DNA of 39,515 bases from a virus (Duplodnaviria; Caudoviricetes). Positions 1 through 8,217 of the stretch are shown piece after piece. The stretch covers positions 1 through 39,515 of the IMG/VR virus record IMGVR_UViG_3300044580_000079; one strand, 5' to 3'. A model generated the notes under the pieces. The model ran no database searches. It worked only from the letters and a program-made list of their open reading frames with translations, and had not been told where the DNA came from. Within the stretch, counting starts at the first letter, position 1, and every line of letters starts with the position of its first letter. A program made the translations under genes and the position numbers.

Positions 1-55
1 AAAAAAGCGCAAAACACTTTCATGCCATGCGCTCTCCCTACCCGATTTAGTTTTA
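1..55. repeat. 55-bp direct repeat identical to 39461..39515 (circular contig overlap)
   Basis: aaaaaagcgc...gatttagtttta is identical at both ends. Confidence 0.97.
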
Positions 56-65
56 TTACGTTGCC

Positions 66-380
66 CTAACGGGCTTGACGTTCTTTAAATTTCTCATCCA
101 AGAGGGCATTGTTGATATAACTTTCAACTCTTCCCTTAATTTGGTTGAGAGCCTTAATATGTCGATAAATGTTTTCTCTCCCTTCAACGTCATTATATGC
201 GCTTTGTTCCCACATCTTCAGGGCTTCATTCCTAAGCTCATCAAAGGCTTCCACGAACACTTGATTCTTTAGTAATGCCCTTGCTTCACTTGCCCTTTCC
301 TGCACCGTCAATTTGACACGATCATCTGAAAAACTTTGACGTGGAGTCTTTTTAAAGCGAGATAAATATTTTTTAAGCAA
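66..380 (-). CDS. Small conserved head-module protein between portal and scaffold
   Basis: 104 aa helical ORF overlapping the portal stop; position typical of podovirus head modules. Confidence 0.7.
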   Translation of the reverse strand: MLKKYLSRFKKTPRQSFSDDRVKLTVQERASEARALLKNQVFVEAFDELRNEALKMWEQSAYNDVEGRENIYRHIKALNQIKGRVESYINNALLDEKFKERQAR

Positions 381-2352
381 TGTTTCCTCCCTGACTTAAA
401 TTAGGCGGTTGCATGGGTTGAAACGGCTGCTCTGGAATTGCCGGGGGTTCCTGACCCGGAAACGTACCGGCCTGAGCCTGAGCATTTTTATTGGGAAGCA
501 TCCCCATTTGCGCTGCAACTTGTTGAGCCACGGCTGCAATTTGAGGGTGCTGAACCGCACCGGTTTGAACCAGAGTGGCAATGAGCATCTGAATGGATTC
601 GGAAAATTTAGGATTGGTAACAAAGTCTGCCGTGTTTCTGAACCCCATTGCCTTGACAAGTTCACGCATTGCATTGTAAACGTTCATGGGGGTAACAATC
701 GAAACACCCGCAGCCCGAATCTGAGCAAACAGACCAAGAAGTTGCTGCATATATAGAATAACCTGATCTTTATTTCCGGTTCCCAAACCAACGTTTACAA
801 TACGGTCGTATTTACCGATAATATTATCCGGTTCAATATCAACCCAATCATTCAGGTAGCGAACCGCCACACTCTTTTTCAGGAACCGAACATTCAGATC
901 AACAATGTCAGAAACAAGCGGAGCCACGCCCATCTCCGCAATCAACCGGGCCATCATCAAAATCCGTTGACTTGCCTGAGATACCTGTTGGTTCTGTCCA
1001 CGCCAAGTTTTATTAAGAACGTTTGGGTTCACACCTTGGAAGGAACGGGGGACTCCGCTGTGATAATCTTTTTCAACGTTCAACATTTCCCAAAACTGAA
1101 ACGTTTCAGGAGGAAGAGGGGCTTTCTCTTCCGGCATCACAATGGCCCGTGGATCGCCCTGAGTACGAACCAAAGCACCGGGGAAGTTGTTATCCAGATA
1201 GTCATCCATGTTGATGCGATCAACATCCCCGAAGTATCTTCGGTTGTTGGCAAAATACATATTGTCAAGAATCTGTCGCAAGAAAGCAGTTCGGATTTCC
1301 TGAATCTGCTTCACCAGATCGTACATGCTGAAACCCGCCACCCGGTGCGCCATGCGGATTGGGGTAATCCCGTGAAAGGGTGGCTTGCCATACTTATTCT
1401 CTTCCTCTAACAAAATCACATCAGCACATACCTTGGCAATTTTAGGCTCGCCGGTTTCTTCGTCAAAGAAGTAACATTCATAGACTATGTAATCATCCTT
1501 ATCTTTGTCGTAAAAGAAACTCGAACCGCCAAGATCGGCGAAGCGTTCTTTTTCTACCGTACCGGAATTATCATCAATGGCCTTCTGAACGCCTTCGACT
1601 TGCTCGAATTTTTTCTCCCCAAACTCCTTTATAAATTTCCACTTTTTATATCGGACACGATGATAACAAAAATCTGCTTCCGCAATATCCTTGCATTTGA
1701 TAGGGAAGCCAAATTCTTCGGCGGGGACAGCCTCTATCAGAGGGTACTCATCTTCAATGATATACCGCACCTTGCAATCATAAACGTAAACCGGAGATGC
1801 AAAAGATGCCAACGTGTTCGGGTCTTGCACAACGGTCTGTCCAACCTCCCGCTGAGTAACCGAAAGAATTTCCACATTTGGCTGCATCTTTTTGGCCTGA
1901 TACTCTTCCTCAGTCCAACCTTCATATTCCCGGTCAACATGCTTGATTTCACGATACCATTGATATTTAATCCAACCGACCTTCAGCTTGAGCATGTCGT
2001 CAAGCCAATCATGCATTACCAGGAACCAATTGTTTTTAACCCGCAATTGATGGTTTACCAGAATATGCTGCTTTTCAACCGCCTGAACATCCTCTTCGGA
2101 TGCAGGTTCAAGCGAACAAACCTCATCTCCACCCGCAAAGATTTCAAGGAGGGCCGGTTTTGCCCACTCAACCACATCCATAAGGTCGGTCGTGGTCGCC
2201 TTTGATCGGCCCTTAAAGGCATCCACAATTTCAGGGTCAGACCGGTAGTACCTTAATGCTTCGGCCCGATCCGAATCCAGGGTGGTCATGCCATCTTTGA
2301 TTCTTTGAATGTTCTTTAGCAGAAACGAAATACGGTCGTCTTTCTTTTCCAT
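373..2352 (-). CDS. Portal protein (P22-like)
   Basis: 659 aa directly after TerL; RAEALRYY, PFHGITP, HSGV...QG, IVNVGLG motifs; Q/P-rich C-terminal tail. Confidence 0.9.
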   Translation of the reverse strand: MEKKDDRISFLLKNIQRIKDGMTTLDSDRAEALRYYRSDPEIVDAFKGRSKATTTDLMDVVEWAKPALLEIFAGGDEVCSLEPASEEDVQAVEKQHILVNHQLRVKNNWFLVMHDWLDDMLKLKVGWIKYQWYREIKHVDREYEGWTEEEYQAKKMQPNVEILSVTQREVGQTVVQDPNTLASFASPVYVYDCKVRYIIEDEYPLIEAVPAEEFGFPIKCKDIAEADFCYHRVRYKKWKFIKEFGEKKFEQVEGVQKAIDDNSGTVEKERFADLGGSSFFYDKDKDDYIVYECYFFDEETGEPKIAKVCADVILLEEENKYGKPPFHGITPIRMAHRVAGFSMYDLVKQIQEIRTAFLRQILDNMYFANNRRYFGDVDRINMDDYLDNNFPGALVRTQGDPRAIVMPEEKAPLPPETFQFWEMLNVEKDYHSGVPRSFQGVNPNVLNKTWRGQNQQVSQASQRILMMARLIAEMGVAPLVSDIVDLNVRFLKKSVAVRYLNDWVDIEPDNIIGKYDRIVNVGLGTGNKDQVILYMQQLLGLFAQIRAAGVSIVTPMNVYNAMRELVKAMGFRNTADFVTNPKFSESIQMLIATLVQTGAVQHPQIAAVAQQVAAQMGMLPNKNAQAQAGTFPGQEPPAIPEQPFQPMQPPNLSQGGNIA

Positions 2353-3740
2353 TAGACAATTCCTGCATGCTTATATTGCAATGGTTTTCCAAACATACCC
2401 GGCGCAGTATATTTGACACCGGAAAGAGTAGCCCTATACAAACATTCCATAAAGTGATCGTTTTCCTTGACAGGCTGTCCTTCTTTGTCGTACACCCAAC
2501 GCTGAATTTCCCACAAATGGCGTTGACAATGCTCCATAAAAAATAGCGTTGGCATTCCATTTGGCCCCTCAAGCCGGGCCTTTAAATTCCGAATGCCGGA
2601 GGATTTATCCTTTGAGGCCGGATACAGCCGAATCCCATGAGGCATAAGTTTGCGCTCAATGACAGTAAAAGTGTCCTCCACATTGAAACGGTTTTTTATG
2701 TAAGCATTGTCTCCTTTCGATAGAGGATCAATGAACGCATCTTTCATCCTGGGGTAATGAAACTTCCTTTTAACGATTTCATCCGCAACCTGTTCGGGAG
2801 TCAGGTTTTCCCAAATCTCATCAATCACAAAAATCCGATCATACTTATCCCAACCGTAAAACCCGACCGCTTGCGGTTTATTCAGATGAATGTCGATCAC
2901 CGCAATAACGGGCCAATCGGTAGGAACCTTAAAATCTTTGACCTTATGCAGATCAGACTTAAACTCTTTCAAAACCCTGCCGGTCAATTGAAGCCAACCA
3001 CCCTTAACCCGGACATCCCTTTCTTCCTGAGTCAACCCACGGGCAAAGTTTTCAATATCCGCAACCTTCAGCATGGGGTTTGCACTCATCGGGATTTCCG
3101 TGATGGCCCCGACCTTGGAATCGTTGGAAAGAACGATTTCATCCAGAATCCAGGGTTCATAAAGTGCGGTCATCGTCATGATAAACACGCCGGAGTAATC
3201 AATTAGACCGCGGAGATTGGCGGTATATTTGTCTTTGGGAAGTGGCTCATCACTCCAAACCAAATGCCCCTTCCAACCTTCATGAATCCGTGTCTCCTGG
3301 GAATGCGTCATGATTTCGATGGTGGATTGTGTTTCGGGAAACTCCCAATAGGCTTCAATGCCAACGTTGTTTTTCTTGGTAACGTAAGTCCCTTTTGGAA
3401 GCCATTCACGCAAAACAGGAACGATAACCTCTTTTGCATGGTGTTCCCAATCCACCGCTATGATTCGAACCCGGACAGGTTGATTGCCAAAGATGGTGGG
3501 CTTGAGATTCCAGGGCTGCACCCCCAAACATGCAGCCCCGGTAATGTTCACACCCAAAACAGTTTTTCCTATGCGGTTCCCTCCCTGAATCAGAATGACT
3601 TTTTTTCCTGCATTCAAAAAATCAAGGGCTTGTTGCTGATGAGGCCAAGGCTTCCAATGAGCAATACGATTGTTCTTTTCGTGTTCCTCAATAAGCCCTT
3701 CAATTTTTTTAATGCGCTTTCTGATTTCATCCTTTGTCAT
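2352..3740 (-). CDS. terL: Terminase large subunit
   Basis: PWPHQ, Walker A GGNRIGKT, Walker B VWSDE, C-terminal RNase H-like nuclease (IDIH, NDHFME). Confidence 0.95.
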   Translation of the reverse strand: MTKDEIRKRIKKIEGLIEEHEKNNRIAHWKPWPHQQQALDFLNAGKKVILIQGGNRIGKTVLGVNITGAACLGVQPWNLKPTIFGNQPVRVRIIAVDWEHHAKEVIVPVLREWLPKGTYVTKKNNVGIEAYWEFPETQSTIEIMTHSQETRIHEGWKGHLVWSDEPLPKDKYTANLRGLIDYSGVFIMTMTALYEPWILDEIVLSNDSKVGAITEIPMSANPMLKVADIENFARGLTQEERDVRVKGGWLQLTGRVLKEFKSDLHKVKDFKVPTDWPVIAVIDIHLNKPQAVGFYGWDKYDRIFVIDEIWENLTPEQVADEIVKRKFHYPRMKDAFIDPLSKGDNAYIKNRFNVEDTFTVIERKLMPHGIRLYPASKDKSSGIRNLKARLEGPNGMPTLFFMEHCQRHLWEIQRWVYDKEGQPVKENDHFMECLYRATLSGVKYTAPGMFGKPLQYKHAGIV

Positions 3741-3742
3741 GA

Positions 3743-3934
3743 TTAATCTTCAGAAGGATTTCTTGGGTCTTTCCTCTTTGGCTCCGTCACATACAAAAAC
3801 AGATCAGGTTGATTCTCTGCCTTTTTCTTTTTGTTGGGAAACAGAAGCAGGATGGAATGACCACCAAGGTTGCAAGCATAATAAGTTTCTCCCTTAGCCG
3901 TGACCTTCTCCCAAAACGCAGCCATTTTCGTCAT
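3743..3934 (-). CDS. Hypothetical protein
   Basis: 63 aa, stop/start coupled to upstream gene; FPNKKK..NQPD pattern seen in small phage proteins. Confidence 0.6.
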   Translation of the reverse strand: MTKMAAFWEKVTAKGETYYACNLGGHSILLLFPNKKKKAENQPDLFLYVTEPKRKDPRNPSED

Positions 3935-4116
3935 TTGTTCCTCCCAAGTAGGTTGTATTTACGCTTCTGACCCGTGGGCTTCCACCCGTGGTCAATAGCG
4001 TTTAGTAAACGCTGCTGTGCAAGTGCTTTTTCTTTTGTCGTATTTTTAGCATGCACGGCATTCGGCGTTCTCACCGTATAACCACCCTGTTTATTTTTCA
4101 CAATTTTTACTGGCAT
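3931..4116 (-). CDS. Small basic hypothetical protein
   Basis: Start re-called at MPVKI; in operon. Confidence 0.6.
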   Translation of the reverse strand: MPVKIVKNKQGGYTVRTPNAVHAKNTTKEKALAQQRLLNAIDHGWKPTGQKRKYNLLGRNK

Positions 4117-4117
4117 T

Positions 4118-4579
4118 TTAAATTTCCGTTGCTTTCTGCTTGCCGGTCTTAATATCAACCAACGTTTTTAAACTTGGAATTTCCTTCACTTTTTCAAGCT
4201 TAAAAGAGGGAACACCGATTCGAACATATTGCATATCAAAAAAACTACCGGACTTTTTCCCTGAATCATAAAATATACCGATTATGTAAACCCTGTTCTG
4301 TTCCCCCTCACCACCCGATTCAACTCCGATCAACACAGAAATAAGTTCTTGATTAGAAGTCGTTCCAATAAATGAGAAAATTCCAAACCCTTCCTCATAA
4401 AAAACAAAACTTCCCTCCCCCACACTTTCCATTGGATCAGGCACTTCATCAGGAACAATATAGGTATTTTGAATAACCTTGATTTCTTTCGCATGAACCT
4501 TGAGGGTACTTTCAATTCCAAATGCCACAAGAAAGATCAGAAAAATAGCAATGTAAAAACCAACAATTTTTTTAAGCAT
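4118..4579 (-). CDS. Hypothetical exported or membrane-anchored protein
   Basis: N-terminal KK plus hydrophobic segment, VHA-type cleavage motif. Confidence 0.65.
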   Translation of the reverse strand: MLKKIVGFYIAIFLIFLVAFGIESTLKVHAKEIKVIQNTYIVPDEVPDPMESVGEGSFVFYEEGFGIFSFIGTTSNQELISVLIGVESGGEGEQNRVYIIGIFYDSGKKSGSFFDMQYVRIGVPSFKLEKVKEIPSLKTLVDIKTGKQKATEI

Positions 4580-4582
4580 GAT

Positions 4583-4699
4583 TTAAATTCCAAACGAAAA
4601 TTTGGTAAGTACGCTTCCAAGAATAATCAATCCAATGGCAATCAGCATGATTACAGGAATTGGATGAGCCTTAACAAATTCAAAAAATTTCTCCTTCAT
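4583..4699 (-). CDS. Small single-TM membrane protein
   Basis: GGAGG RBS before MKEKFF; hydrophobic stretch. Confidence 0.55.
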   Translation of the reverse strand: MKEKFFEFVKAHPIPVIMLIAIGLIILGSVLTKFSFGI

Positions 4700-4898
4700 G
4701 ACAACCTCCTTGTGTTGTAAATTTGACACATCAAATAATTTTTTTTCGTATGGTGGAAGTGATAATAGCGCTTTCCAGTTGGCCCCGGAGCCTCCACCCT
4801 CCGGTGTGGGGCAGCCTTGGATCACAATACATTCATTATGTTCAGTCTGACTGTAAACTTAGTATATGTAATCCGATGTTCTTAATGATTTCAAGGAC

Positions 4899-5471
4899 TT
4901 ATAAAGAGGACGTAGTGACATCAATAACTTCTTGATTTTCTTCATTATTTAATTCTTTCTTCATATTTTCTATTTCATTTTTCAGTTCTACTAAACTTTT
5001 CATTTCCAATTCCAGTTTAGCAGTATAAGTTATTGATGTTGCCTTACCTTCTTCTAACCGTTCGGAATTATTAAGAATTTCAAAAATCGAAGCTGCATGC
5101 TTTGCAGGTGTTTTCTGAATCTTCTCAGGGTCATTCAATACACCTAAAAATTTCCACTTCGTTTGTTTGATTATACTTAACTTATTTCTCTCAAATTCAT
5201 CCAATTCTTCCTTTGGTATTGTTTCCTTTAATAATTTATTAAACCAACTTAACTTTTCTGATACTTTTGCAATAGAAATACCCGTAATATCACTAACTTG
5301 CTGTAACGTTAAACCTTTTACGTACCTTAATTCATATAACGTTGCAACGTCAATTTTCCTTGCTTTTGGCCTTACCTGTTTTACTTTGGTAAGTCCTATT
5401 TTGACAGGTACATTTGCATTTTCTGCATTTACTTGACTTGACATATTGTCTTTCTTTTCTTCCGATGACAT
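4899..5471 (-). CDS. terS: Probable terminase small subunit (HTH)
   Basis: HTH (KGLTLQQVSDITGISIAKVS), ERLEEGKAT motif, coiled-coil C-terminus; first gene of late operon upstream of terL. Confidence 0.6.
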   Translation of the reverse strand: MSSEEKKDNMSSQVNAENANVPVKIGLTKVKQVRPKARKIDVATLYELRYVKGLTLQQVSDITGISIAKVSEKLSWFNKLLKETIPKEELDEFERNKLSIIKQTKWKFLGVLNDPEKIQKTPAKHAASIFEILNNSERLEEGKATSITYTAKLELEMKSLVELKNEIENMKKELNNEENQEVIDVTTSSL

Positions 5472-5584
5472 AGCATTTCCAATTCATCATATCAATACCG
5501 ATTAATCGGTCAACGTTCACTAAATTCCTACGTCTTACTTAGTTAAGGGAAGTTATTCATAACATTATTTCTTCCCTTAACACT

Positions 5585-5617
5585 ACCTTAGCATACATTT
5601 CTTTATTTGTCAAGGGG
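5585..5617 (-). promoter_or_regulatory. Sigma70-type promoter for terS/late operon
   Basis: CCCC-TTGACA-N17-TAAGGT with TGn extension. Confidence 0.65.
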
Positions 5618-5706
5618 TTTTATACCTTTAAATAAAAAAAAGAAAAAAAATTTTAAAATGCTGAAAAAAATAGGTATTACCGTTAATTTTATTGAGATAT
5701 TTAAAA

Positions 5707-5748
5707 CAATCCACAGGCTTATCCACAAAAATTTCGATTTTATCCACA
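5707..5748 (+). promoter_or_regulatory. DnaA box cluster
   Basis: Perfect TTATCCACA at 5719 and 5740, and a 2-mismatch CAATCCACA at 5707, in AT-rich DNA. Confidence 0.7.
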
Positions 5749-5828
5749 AGAATTGGCACGAAACTTTCGCTCTTATAATATAGAAAGACTGAAAAAATTA
5801 AAAGTTTTGTTGAATTTATTGAATTTTT

Positions 5829-5860
5829 TGCTTGACTTTATGGTCAAGCATAACTAAAAT
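5829..5860 (+). promoter_or_regulatory. Early promoter with overlapping palindromic operator
   Basis: TTGACT-N17-TAAAAT; TGCTTGAC-N6-GTCAAGCA palindrome covers the -35. Confidence 0.75.
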
Positions 5861-5878
5861 GAAAAAAGGAGGCAAAAA

Positions 5879-6736
5879 ATGAAGGTTTACGAAATTATTA
5901 CGAATCGCATTTTGGAAGAATTGCAAAAAGGAAGTATCCCTTGGCGCAAGCCTTGGACAAGCAACCAAGAAGTACCAAAAAACCTTATAACCAAAAAAGA
6001 ATACCGTGGCATTAACGTATGGATGCTAAAAAGCTTAAATTATGAATCACCCTATTTTTTAAGCTTCAAACAAGCACAAGAGTTAGGCGGTTCGATTCGA
6101 AAGGGTGAACATGGCATTCCGGTTGTTTTCTGGAAATGGTTGTCTGTTAAACAAACAGACCCGGAAACGCAAGAGGAGTTAGAAAAGTCAATTCCTTATT
6201 TGCGGTATTACACGGTTTTCAATGTTGCGCAGACTGAAGGCATTCCCACAGATAAAATCCCTACTACCATTCAAAATAACAACAACCCCATTGAAGCTTG
6301 TGAAAAAATTGTCAAGGAAATGCCTAATAAGCCGGACATTAAACCGTGCCATAATAGCGCCTATTACGTACCATCCCAAGATTATATTGCTATTCCCTCA
6401 CTACCACGATTCAATTTGGCCTCAGAATACTACGCAACCCTATTTCATGAAATGGTGCATTCTACCGGTCATGAATCACGCCTCAATCGTAAAGGCATTA
6501 CAAATTTCAATGGTTTTGGAACGGATCAATATGGAAAAGAAGAGTTAATAGCTGAAATGGGCGCTTCATTCCTTTGCGGGGTTTCCGGTATCGAAAACAA
6601 GGTCTTATCTAACTCAGTAGCCTATATCAATGCTTGGATGCAGCGAATTAAAAAAGATTCAAAGTTAATCATCGTTGCAGCGGCACAAGCGCAAAAGGCT
6701 ACCGATTATATCCTTGGAAAAAAAGAAACCAATTGA
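5879..6736 (+). CDS. ardC: ArdC-like antirestriction ssDNA-binding protein with zincin-like metallopeptidase domain
   Basis: PWRKPW, YRGIN, VFNVAQ, HEMVHSTGH, EELIAEMGA, SVAYINAW motifs. Confidence 0.92.
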   Translation: MKVYEIITNRILEELQKGSIPWRKPWTSNQEVPKNLITKKEYRGINVWMLKSLNYESPYFLSFKQAQELGGSIRKGEHGIPVVFWKWLSVKQTDPETQEELEKSIPYLRYYTVFNVAQTEGIPTDKIPTTIQNNNNPIEACEKIVKEMPNKPDIKPCHNSAYYVPSQDYIAIPSLPRFNLASEYYATLFHEMVHSTGHESRLNRKGITNFNGFGTDQYGKEELIAEMGASFLCGVSGIENKVLSNSVAYINAWMQRIKKDSKLIIVAAAQAQKATDYILGKKETN

Positions 6737-6742
6737 TAGTGA

Positions 6743-6764
6743 AGCCTGACATAAAAGTCAGGCT
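6743..6764. promoter_or_regulatory. Palindromic site related to the ardC promoter operator
   Basis: AGCCTGAC-N6-GTCAGGCT. Confidence 0.55.
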
Positions 6765-6813
6765 GAACCGGTGCAAAGCCGGGTTGTTAAACTATCAAAA
6801 GGGGGAAGGAAAA

Positions 6814-6933
6814 ATGTATTCAATCGAAATGATTAAACACCTCAACAACCTTGAAGTAAAAAAACTTCAGAGGCTTCAGAGAGAAGCCATCAGGGAATTC
6901 AAAAAAACATCTACGGGAGAAAAGAAAAAATGA
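6814..6933 (+). CDS. Small hypothetical early protein
   Basis: Purine-rich RBS before MYSIEM; ATGA-coupled to next gene. Confidence 0.5.
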   Translation: MYSIEMIKHLNNLEVKKLQRLQREAIREFKKTSTGEKKK

Positions 6934-7124
6934 ATACCAAAAAAATACTTCAAAAAATTAGGGAAATGATTAAAGGCAGGCAGCATGCAAGGGATATGTC
7001 AATCTTAATCAACGATATTACCCCTGCCAACTATTTCTTTGTTTCAATCGGAGCCTTACAAAAATTGGAAGAATGGATAATTAACGAAGAAAGAAAGGAG
7101 CATAAAAAACATGACAAAAGCTGA
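6930..7124 (+). CDS. Hypothetical early protein
   Basis: Coupled ORF in early operon. Confidence 0.6.
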   Translation: MNTKKILQKIREMIKGRQHARDMSILINDITPANYFFVSIGALQKLEEWIINEERKEHKKHDKS

Positions 7125-7374
7125 ATCATGGCGACAAAGAGTAAGGGAATATCAAGAAGAAAAAGGATATATGTTCCTATGCCATGAATGCAAGGGAGTA
7201 TATCCAGTTTACGACTTTGATTATCAGGACGAACAAGGTCATTGCTTTTGCTATACATGCGCAGGGGTTGATGATGACCCCGATTTGATGATGCAAGCCG
7301 GTAGAACCGGCATTGAACAGGCCAAGCAATTAAACATCATCGTTGACTATCCGTCAATCAGGGAGGCTGCATGA
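7111..7374 (+). CDS. Zinc-finger hypothetical protein
   Basis: CHEC...CYTC; GGAG RBS. Confidence 0.65.
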   Translation: MTKAESWRQRVREYQEEKGYMFLCHECKGVYPVYDFDYQDEQGHCFCYTCAGVDDDPDLMMQAGRTGIEQAKQLNIIVDYPSIREAA

Positions 7375-7589
7375 CATACGAATGTCCAGTTTGCAAGCGC
7401 ATTGAATATGGCAACGCTCAACCCGATATGGTCAAGTATTGCTCACGCTGCCTTATGCTCAAGGCAATGCAGGCAGAAAAAAGCATGATTCCTGAAAACG
7501 AAACAAACCCAAAACCAAAAATCAAGATAAGAAGGTTCCCAAAAGTTGACAATTCGTTTCGTTTTAAAAAAATGGGGGAGGCAGCATGA
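7371..7589 (+). CDS. Zinc-finger hypothetical protein
   Basis: CPVC...CSRC; GGAGG RBS, ATGA overlap. Confidence 0.65.
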   Translation: MTYECPVCKRIEYGNAQPDMVKYCSRCLMLKAMQAEKSMIPENETNPKPKIKIRRFPKVDNSFRFKKMGEAA

Positions 7590-7891
7590 ATAACGGGAAA
7601 AATTCAATCGAAATTACGCCGGGCAAATTAATTTTGGGGTACGAAATTTTTTGCAAGGAATGTAATGAAACAGCGGATATTAGACAGGATGCTTTTATTG
7701 CGGATGTTTCCCTGCAATATCTGCAAAGACTTTTTCCCCAACATGCCTTTGAAGTCCGTCCAATCCTTGGCATGGTTATTGAAAAGCCAGAAGAACCGAA
7801 AAACCCTATGGAAGCTTTTTTAAAGCTTCTTAAAAACAAGGGCTATCAAGCCCAAAAACAAGAAAGGAGAAACGAAAATGACAATGAATGA
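7586..7891 (+). CDS. Hypothetical protein
   Basis: GGAGG RBS, ATGA overlap; CKEC...H. Confidence 0.65.
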   Translation: MNNGKNSIEITPGKLILGYEIFCKECNETADIRQDAFIADVSLQYLQRLFPQHAFEVRPILGMVIEKPEEPKNPMEAFLKLLKNKGYQAQKQERRNENDNE

Positions 7892-8168
7892 AGCAATCCG
7901 TTTTCACAACAACGCTCTGAAGGGAAGAATCGTTGCGGAGTTTCTTGAAGCTGAGAACCTGGAAGATGCGAAACAATTTGCCGAATTATTGTCAATTTTA
8001 CTTATCAATACCGGCGCTGAAATAGGGTTTACCGTTTACATGACCGCTAAAACGGATGAAGAAAAAACAAACATGATTAAAGATTTTTTAAACAAAATCG
8101 GAGAAGTTGTCTTCGATACAATATTTCGATTGGAAATCCAGAAAAATAAATTTACAAATGCAGCATAA
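7878..8168 (+). CDS. Hypothetical protein
   Basis: AGGAG RBS; last gene before terminator. Confidence 0.65.
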   Translation: MTMNEAIRFHNNALKGRIVAEFLEAENLEDAKQFAELLSILLINTGAEIGFTVYMTAKTDEEKTNMIKDFLNKIGEVVFDTIFRLEIQKNKFTNAA

Positions 8169-8185
8169 AAAATCATCAACCATGA

Positions 8186-8217
8186 ACAAGGCGGGGTTTG
8201 GTGCCCCGCCTTTTGTT
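8186..8217. terminator. Intrinsic terminator between convergent operons
   Basis: AAGGCGGGG-N7-CCCCGCCTT followed by TTGTT. Confidence 0.85.

Noticed and set aside
1-55. Biological direct terminal repeat
   Set aside because: 55 nt equals a common assembler k-mer and the break falls inside a hairpin of the head operon; more likely an assembly overlap
5754-5770. Sigma54 promoter (TGGCACG...)
   Set aside because: The GC needed 10 nt after GG is absent; spacing is off by two
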